A stretch of DNA of 41,513 nucleotides from Chiloscyllium plagiosum (taxonomy: Eukaryota): positions 33,155,406-33,196,918 of the forward strand of contig NC_057720.1 in NCBI RefSeq assembly GCF_004010195.1. Reading direction: 5' to 3'. Both the position numbers and the translations under genes were made by a program. Within the stretch, counting starts at the first letter, position 1. Each line of letters opens with the position of its first letter. A model generated the notes under the pieces. That model was not told the origin of the DNA and did no database searches. It worked only from the letters and a program-made list of their open reading frames with translations. This document shows positions 35,307-41,513 of the stretch, one piece after another.

Positions 35307-36504
35307 TATATATGTGGATTGCCATGTTGTGGCAGCTACAAAATCCTAGCTCAAGAAAGGGGAAAGACTGAGTGTAAAATATTCCAGAATACAAGGTGTT
35401 CAAAAAAGATTTTAAAAACGGAAGAAAAACAGGAGGGAAAGCAGTCTTAGTTAGGGAGAGTATTGCAGTACTGGAGAAAACAGATGTCCCTGAGTGTTCA
35501 AGGAAGCTTTCAATTTGTCTAAAGCTAAGGAACAAAAAAAGTGTAGTTGTCTTGCTTGACGTAATTAATAGATCATTAACTAGTCAGAATGATACAGAAG
35601 AATATATCTGCAGAGAAATTACAGGGTGATCCGAATATATGGATTGGTTATCATTGGGGACTTTACCGAAATTTAGACTGGGACAGTAATAGCATTAAGG
35701 TGGAAAGGGACAAATATTCATAGATGGTGCTCAGGAAAAAAAATTCTATAGCAATGTCTCCAGTCCAACTAGAAGGAATGCACTGTTGGACCTGGTTCTC
35801 AGAAATGGGTGAACAAAGTGGGTGAAGTGTTAGTAGGGAGCATTTAAGAGACAGTGATCATTGTATTATAAGATTTTGAATGGTGATAGACCAGAACAAT
35901 AGGCAACTAGAGTAAGAATATCAAATATCACATTTGTATTTATACACAAGAATAGACGCAATGAAAAACTAATAATTTAACTAAAACATATATTTGCAAT
36001 AAGCCTACTTGCAATACAAATAATTTAAAATGAAATTACTTGATGAATTCATAGTTAGCATACATGAAATTTTTAATCTACAGCAACACCAGTAATTACA
36101 CAGAATAATATTTACCGAATGGAAGGAGGAATACAATTTTCATACAATTTTAAATGTTTTCTTTTGCGCTTTTTGGACGATAAAGTCACTAATAAAGTCC
36201 TTAAATGAAAGCTTATTACTTTCTACTTAACATATTGCTGAGTGTAAACAGCTTTTCTTGCAGTATTATTGCCCAGGATTGATTCTTGGTGTTTCTCAGC
36301 TGCAAAAATGATCTTTCTTTGAAGCAGTTTAGACTCAAAAAGGCTATAACCTATTTCTACTTTTGAGAAAGCCATCTGATTCTTATCTTGAATGATGTCG
36401 ACTGAAGTCTTGGAGGCATAATCATCCTTTATCTGAATAATTTTACTAGTTATAAGCTTTTCAGCACTTTACATCATCAGTTAGATTAACGTCAACATCA
36501 GCAT

Positions 36505-36800
36505 GAAATCATAGAACCTCTACAGTGTGGAAGCAAGCCATTCGGTCTATTGGGTCCATGCCGACCCTGTACTTACCATGGTTAAACCACCTAACCTACA
36601 CATTCTGAACACTATGGACAATTTAGCATGGGCAATCTGCTTGATCTGCACATCTTTGCACTGTGGGAGGAAACTTGAGCACCTGGAGGAAACCCACAGA
36701 CACAGGGAGAATGTGCAAACCCCAAACAGACAGTCAACTAAGAGTGGAATTGAACCTCGATTCCCTAGCACTGTGAGGCAGTAGTGCTAACCACTGACGC
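36505..36800 (-). mobile_element. Older V-domain SINE inserted in the hAT remnant
   Basis: Antisense CAGTGGTTAGCACTACTGCCTCACAG, GGTTCAATTCC, V-domain and CR1-like tail. Confidence 0.88.
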
Positions 36801-38479
36801 AAAATACCACCACAAAACAATATCATCAGAAACACTATAGCATCATACAGCTGTTTTTCCCAGGTATCTAAATCAACCAAAAATGAAAACTTGTTTGCAA
36901 CTTTTTCATATTTGATTGCTCCTTTCTTCAAGTTGGTTTCAAATGGAGCTGTCATATGAAGAAATCATGTCACTTTAAACTTGTCTGTTTGAGAGCGCGT
37001 TTCATCAGCATTAGGTGCATCACCACCTTTGACTTGGTTTTCTCATTTGTTTCTTTTTATTCGCTTGCTACATCAGCAGATTTTCTCTTGCTTTGAGTTC
37101 AATGCCATCAAAACCTCCTCAAGTATCTTTCAAGAATTGAGTGTGTGACGTATAAAGCTTTGCAAATGCTTGAAGAACTATTTTTACATTCTGTAAGGCC
37201 TTGGTGGTCTTTCAGAACTAACTTAACAAACAATTCCAAATTTATAACATGAAATCTAATTCTAGTTCCTCCAGTTTTCCCCTGCAGAACTGCTGGCCTC
37301 TCTTGTTCTATCATTATTTTCACTGTTATCAGTATGAAGATAAGTAAGAGCATCAATAATTGATCTATAACTCTCAGCAATAACTGATGTAGCCTTTGCA
37401 TGTGCTTCCCATCTAGTGTTGGAAACTGTGGAATTAGGATGCAAAAGTGATTTGAATACTGCCTATAATTTTGTAGAAGCAGAGAAGAATTGATAGGCTG
37501 GAATGGAGTTGAGTTTACAATCAGATTAGCTAGGGATCTTATTAAATGGAAAGGGCTTACTGCTGTTACTAATTGTGTGTTTGTACATTCGTATGTGTGT
37601 ATTTGATTCACAACAGCAAAACAAAATTACTTTAGCTAGGCAGCATTCAACTGTAGCACGGCCTAAAATAATCAGTGAATGTCCAGCATATCAATATATG
37701 TAACACGCATATTTGTCTCGAACATATATGCGGTACACTTTTATACTTTCTTGCTACATCAGTTGCATATGTCTGGCCTCTGCAATTACTGAAGTCAATT
37801 TTGCAATCATTGGCTCACCACATTAGCTACAGTTTCACCATTATGCATTATTAAGGAAAGTTAGAAAACATTAAATGGGAAAACCATCATTGCATGATGC
37901 ATATCTTCTGAAAACAGCAAGTTGATTAACAGAGAAGTCTCTGATGTAGAATCAACAGATAAACTGGAGAGTACTGCTTTTCTCATGTCAATCAAAATTG
38001 ATCCTTATACTTTTTCAGCCATTAGCTGGATGAATACATTATGTATTGTTTTATACAAATATGAATGCTTCCCAGATCCACTGCATATTTTACATGGCCA
38101 GTAAGCATTGGATAAAATTTAGCAATGAGTTCTAACAAGCCAAGAAAGTTGTTGTATAGAGTAAACCAAACATTTCAGTGTCTCCCCTAAAACTAGTCTC
38201 ATGTTCTGCGAATGTGCATACAGTGGCAATGACACACTCAAGAACATACCTCCAATACACTTGCTTCTTTTTCATCCGTTTCTCCAGTTATGAATCCAAA
38301 GTTAAAGCCTGTTGCTTTTTAAAATATGTAAGCAAAATATTTCCATGATCCTCAGAGTCCCATGATTTCAAATTCCAACACTATTTCATCAGTCATCACT
38401 AGACAATACTGTGGAGAAAACTTTGCAGATAAACAATAAGTACAGCTGGCTATTGCAGATATTCTAGACAAATAAAACA

Positions 38480-38604
38480 AAAAAAACAGTATATGCTGGA
38501 AATCTGAAACAAAAGCAAAAATTCATGGAGAAACTCAGCAGGGCTGGCAGCGTCTGTGAAGAGAAAACCAATTTAACTTTTTGGGTCCAGAGACCCTTCT
38601 TCTG
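38480..38604 (-). repeat. PLE pLTR fragment with a degenerate hammerhead
   Basis: Minus strand reads CAGAAGA A GGGUC-UCUG-GACCC AAAAAGUUA, a decayed CUGANGA-stem II-GAAACGUU. Confidence 0.6.
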
Positions 38605-39964
38605 TAGACGAGACATTTAAAAAAATTTTTAAAATAAAATTTTAATATTTTGATTTCTTTAATAATTAACTTTTATTGAATGGAATTAACTCTTTGAACA
38701 ATATATAATTTGTTTTTTGAGTGGCTGTTTCAATTTCTTGAATGGTTTGTTCCAACATTGACTCCCTGAGGGAGATTTCTGTATCTGGATTGAAACATCA
38801 TCATCAGTCAAGACATCCTCGAGACCAAGAACACTGCACTTTGCTTATCTACTTTCTTCAGCTGGGATATCAAGCTCTGTAACATTCTCAAACACAGTAG
38901 TCACTTTCACATCTATATCATCTACCTTAGAATAAGTGAATGCTTGTAGTTGTTGTCGATATGGCTGACCCTCTTAAATATGAGTTCCTCCTTATTTGCA
39001 GCGAAAAAAAAGCCAACCTTTGGTCATTGATTTAACCACTCTTCAGACTTCTACTTTTGTTTTTCTCTTTTGACGTTCATTTTCAAAAATTCTCTTCATC
39101 TTTAACAGGATTCTCTATAACAATAAGAAGTGCACTCTAGACAAATTCTTTGAACTCAATCCTTGTTGTTTACAAGTAGATGAAAAAAGTGCAATAATAC
39201 ATTTTAATAATACATATATTACCTGATGTCAGGGAGAGGAGGGTGTTTATTCACACTCTTTTTGAATTAGAATATAATTTTTTTAAAGGAAAACATTTTA
39301 AAATTAAAAAAAACCTTTATATTTATAACTTGAAACAGCTATACGAGGCAATTGTATTTAGCAATTAAAGTGCCTAACTGGATCATGGCATTGCCAAGGA
39401 TCAAGGGAAGGGAGTGGCACTGTGCAAGTGTGTTTGACTTGTGCCATTGAGCTGCAGTTCATCACCACGAGATGCAGAAGCCTGAGAGTCTAAGTACTGC
39501 ATTTCTTGAATGGAGGCTGTGAGTAAATCACATCATTTTTGTCACATCAGAACAAAAATGTGTGTATTACAGAATTTTTTACCCTGCGTACTTTATTTTT
39601 CCACCAGTTATGTAAAACTTGAAATTTAGTCCCTTGTTTTCATTTTTAGATTCCCCTCAATTTATGAAATGCTAACCTAGTTTAAGCCTAAATCCAGCAT
39701 TGACAACATCACATGATCTTGCTCTCTCATGTATAATCTCATGGCAATTTGCAAACAGTGAAAGCATTGATGAAGAAGAATGATGATCAACTTGCATTGG
39801 TGAGCTATCACTCAACTCCATTCCAAAATGGCTGAGAAATATGAGATGTCCTCATGCAAAGAAAGATGGGAATATAATCCTTACTCACCCATACACATTC
39901 ATGCTGCAAGTAGAAGCATAGATTCAGACAAAGTGAGAGAGAAAGGAGATAAATATTATTCCAC

Positions 39965-40460
39965 CAGGTATGGAACATGTGGAGAGAGGTTTATGAGAGA
40001 ATAAAAGATATATATTGGAATGATACCAAGAGTGACAGATTTTAGGTAGTAGGAAAGATTAGAGAAATTGGGCTTACTCCCTTTGGAGCAGAGAAGATTA
40101 GGAGGTGATGATGGTATTGAGATATTCTAAATTATAAATAATTTTGACAGTGTAAAGAAGGGTATTCTGTTTCCATTAGTCAGTATGTCAGAAACTAAGG
40201 GGTCACAATTTCAAGATTGTCAGCAAGAGGGTGAGGAGTAAGATGAGGAGAAACTTCTTTATTCAGAGAGTTGTTAGGATTTGGAATGTCTGTCTGGGAG
40301 AGTGGTGGAGGCAGATTCCAATGAGGTTTCAAAGGAAAGCTGGGTATATATTTGAAAGTGATGAAGTTAGAAGGCAATGGAGATAGGGCTGGAGAATGGG
40401 ACTAACTGGGCAGCTTTTTTGGGGACGGGTCCAGATGTGATGGGTCAAATGGCCTCTACA
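39965..40460 (+). mobile_element. Old CR1 3' part
   Basis: Resembles ERLEKLGLLPLEQRRLGGD, TKGSQFQ and NFFIQRVVRIWN; 3'UTR GATGGGTCAAATGGCCTC. Confidence 0.75.
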
Positions 40461-40577
40461 ATCCCAAAACCACCAACAAGGATAGGCAGCTGGGATTCAA
40501 GACCAAGCTCAGTGCGGGCAAGTCACTGCACATCCAAACTCCTAGTTCATCCAAACAGATAATACAACAGTGATACA

Positions 40578-40777
40578 GATCAGAGTGGTGCTGGAGAAGC
40601 ACAACAGGTCATGCAGCATCCGAGGAGCAGGAAAATCAAAGTTTCAGGAATGATGAAGGGTTTTGCCCGAAACATCAATTTTTCTGCTGCTCGGATGCTG
40701 CCAGACCTGTTGTGCTTTTCCAGCACCACTCTAATCTAGACTCTGATTTCCAGTATCTGCAGTCCTTACTTTTGCCT
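40578..40777. mobile_element. 200-bp palindromic non-autonomous PLE derivative (two inverted pLTRs and a one-sided tail)
   Basis: 68-bp imperfect inverted arms at 40578-40645 and 40669-40736, a 41-nt extension at 40737-40777, and a perfect 9-bp duplication AGTGATACA (40569-40577, 40778-40786). Hammerhead remnant UGAUGA A GGG-UUUUG-CCC GAAAC AUC at 40651-40676. Confidence 0.8.
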
Positions 40778-41114
40778 AGTGATACAAAACAGACCAGCTT
40801 CCACAAAGAAGCAATCTTCTTCCTTGTGAATGCAGTTATCTACCCACTCAAACCAACCAGAAATTATGCTTTCATCCAGCAACCTAGATGACAATCTGAC
40901 TAGTGATTCTGAGCCTTCTGCCATTTCCCCGCTGGCCAGCAGTGTCTGAGGGATTATCCACAGGATCTCAAATCATGAAGCCCATCCAGAGTTGAAGCAG
41001 CTATATCCTTGTAGAGCTGTGAAACCTCAATAATGGTTGTCTTAGGAAATGTCTTGAGGAACGATGAGGATTTTAGAGAAGTAAAAAGATAAAGTACTGC
41101 AACATACCACAATT

Positions 41115-41513
41115 TTCCAGTGCGAGCAGCAGCGAAGGTAAGACCGTTTGGTTTTAAAAGTGCTTACCGGTAGCGGGCAGCGGTGTTTTTTTTTTCTCTT
41201 TCACTCTCTCTTCACAGAAAGAGCGGGAGCACCAGGGGGAAGTGACGACGACCAGAGGGGCAGCCGAGACACGGAAGCAGTTAGTGTAAGCTTACCTGGG
41301 TAGGTTTTTTCCCCCTTTAAAAGCACGAAGGAGAGGAACCCGAGGCACTACACGGGTAGTGCCTCCCACCCGCCCTCCTCCTCTAACCTAATAATAACAC
41401 CTGTTCTGGTAAGTAGGTAAGTGCTGAATTTTGCTTGTTGTATCCTTTAGACCCAGTTTTTTTTAAAATAAAAGTTAGCTTTAGAGGGATGGCAGTGAAG
41501 GCAGTACAATGTT
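41115..41513 (+). mobile_element. Probable 5'UTR and ORF1 start of another CR1, running off the window end
   Basis: CpG-rich stretch followed by ATG 41489 MAVKAVQC, analogous to MAFSRAIC at 910. Only 8 codons are visible. Confidence 0.55.

Larger units (their letters stand above)
33800..35915 (+). mobile_element. Old CR1 (ORF1 esterase and APE remnant), interrupted by a younger CR1 at 34164-34890
   Basis: Resembles VCCCPSAV and IHVDTNDL before the insert and LHLNR after it. IPEYKVFKKD..GKAVLVRESI and IIGDF-like sequence lie further on. Confidence 0.75.
36150..39110 (-). pseudogene. Decayed hAT-superfamily transposase (ZMYM1/DUF4371-like)
   Basis: Minus-strand remnants occur in the expected order: FRGDTEMFG..NNFLGLLELIAKFYPML (about 38100-38195), LSVDST..VNQL (about 37920-37970), IDFSNCRGQTY (about 37765-37800), SNTRWEAHAKA (about 37390-37425) and the hAT dimerisation block KERSFLQLRNTKN (about 36280-36320). 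Boundaries are approximate and no TIRs were found. Confidence 0.8.

Noticed and set aside
41325..41400. HDV-like ribozyme in the CR1-like leader
   Set aside because: I could not build the nested double pseudoknot on either strand; only a simple hairpin is supported.
1..41513. Prokaryotic systems (CRISPR array, retron, DGR, operon)
   Set aside because: No regularly spaced repeats or operon-like gene density. All RT sequences are eukaryotic CR1, L2 or PLE types.

Overview
Eukaryotic, AT-rich, repeat-dominated DNA with no host protein-coding exon that I can support, so it is intergenic or deep intronic. The repeat set points to a cartilaginous fish, probably a shark: CR1 LINEs with SGNH-esterase ORF1, tRNA-derived V-domain SINEs of the HE1 type with CR1-like tails, L2 remnants and Penelope-like elements (PLEs). 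This assignment is inferred from repeat recognition only. Main contents: a nested CR1>CR1>PLE cluster (441-7504); a near full-length but inactivated Penelope/Poseidon-type element (RT + GIY-YIG) with a long inverted arm (14951-18298); a 200-bp palindromic pLTR-only PLE insertion (40578-40777); a Neptune-like PLE remnant; a decayed hAT transposase (about 36150-39110, minus); four SINEs plus one SINE fragment; many old CR1/L2 fragments; and one 70-N gap. The PLE terminal repeats carry minimal type-I hammerhead ribozyme motifs (five clear copies, two degenerate), which is a known association. The most interesting observation is that the same 40 nt appear to encode the ribozyme, the ORF C-terminus and stop in one frame, and the only available start codon of the RT-EN ORF in another frame, upstream of the predicted cleavage site. 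I found no evidence for a wholly new multi-gene system.
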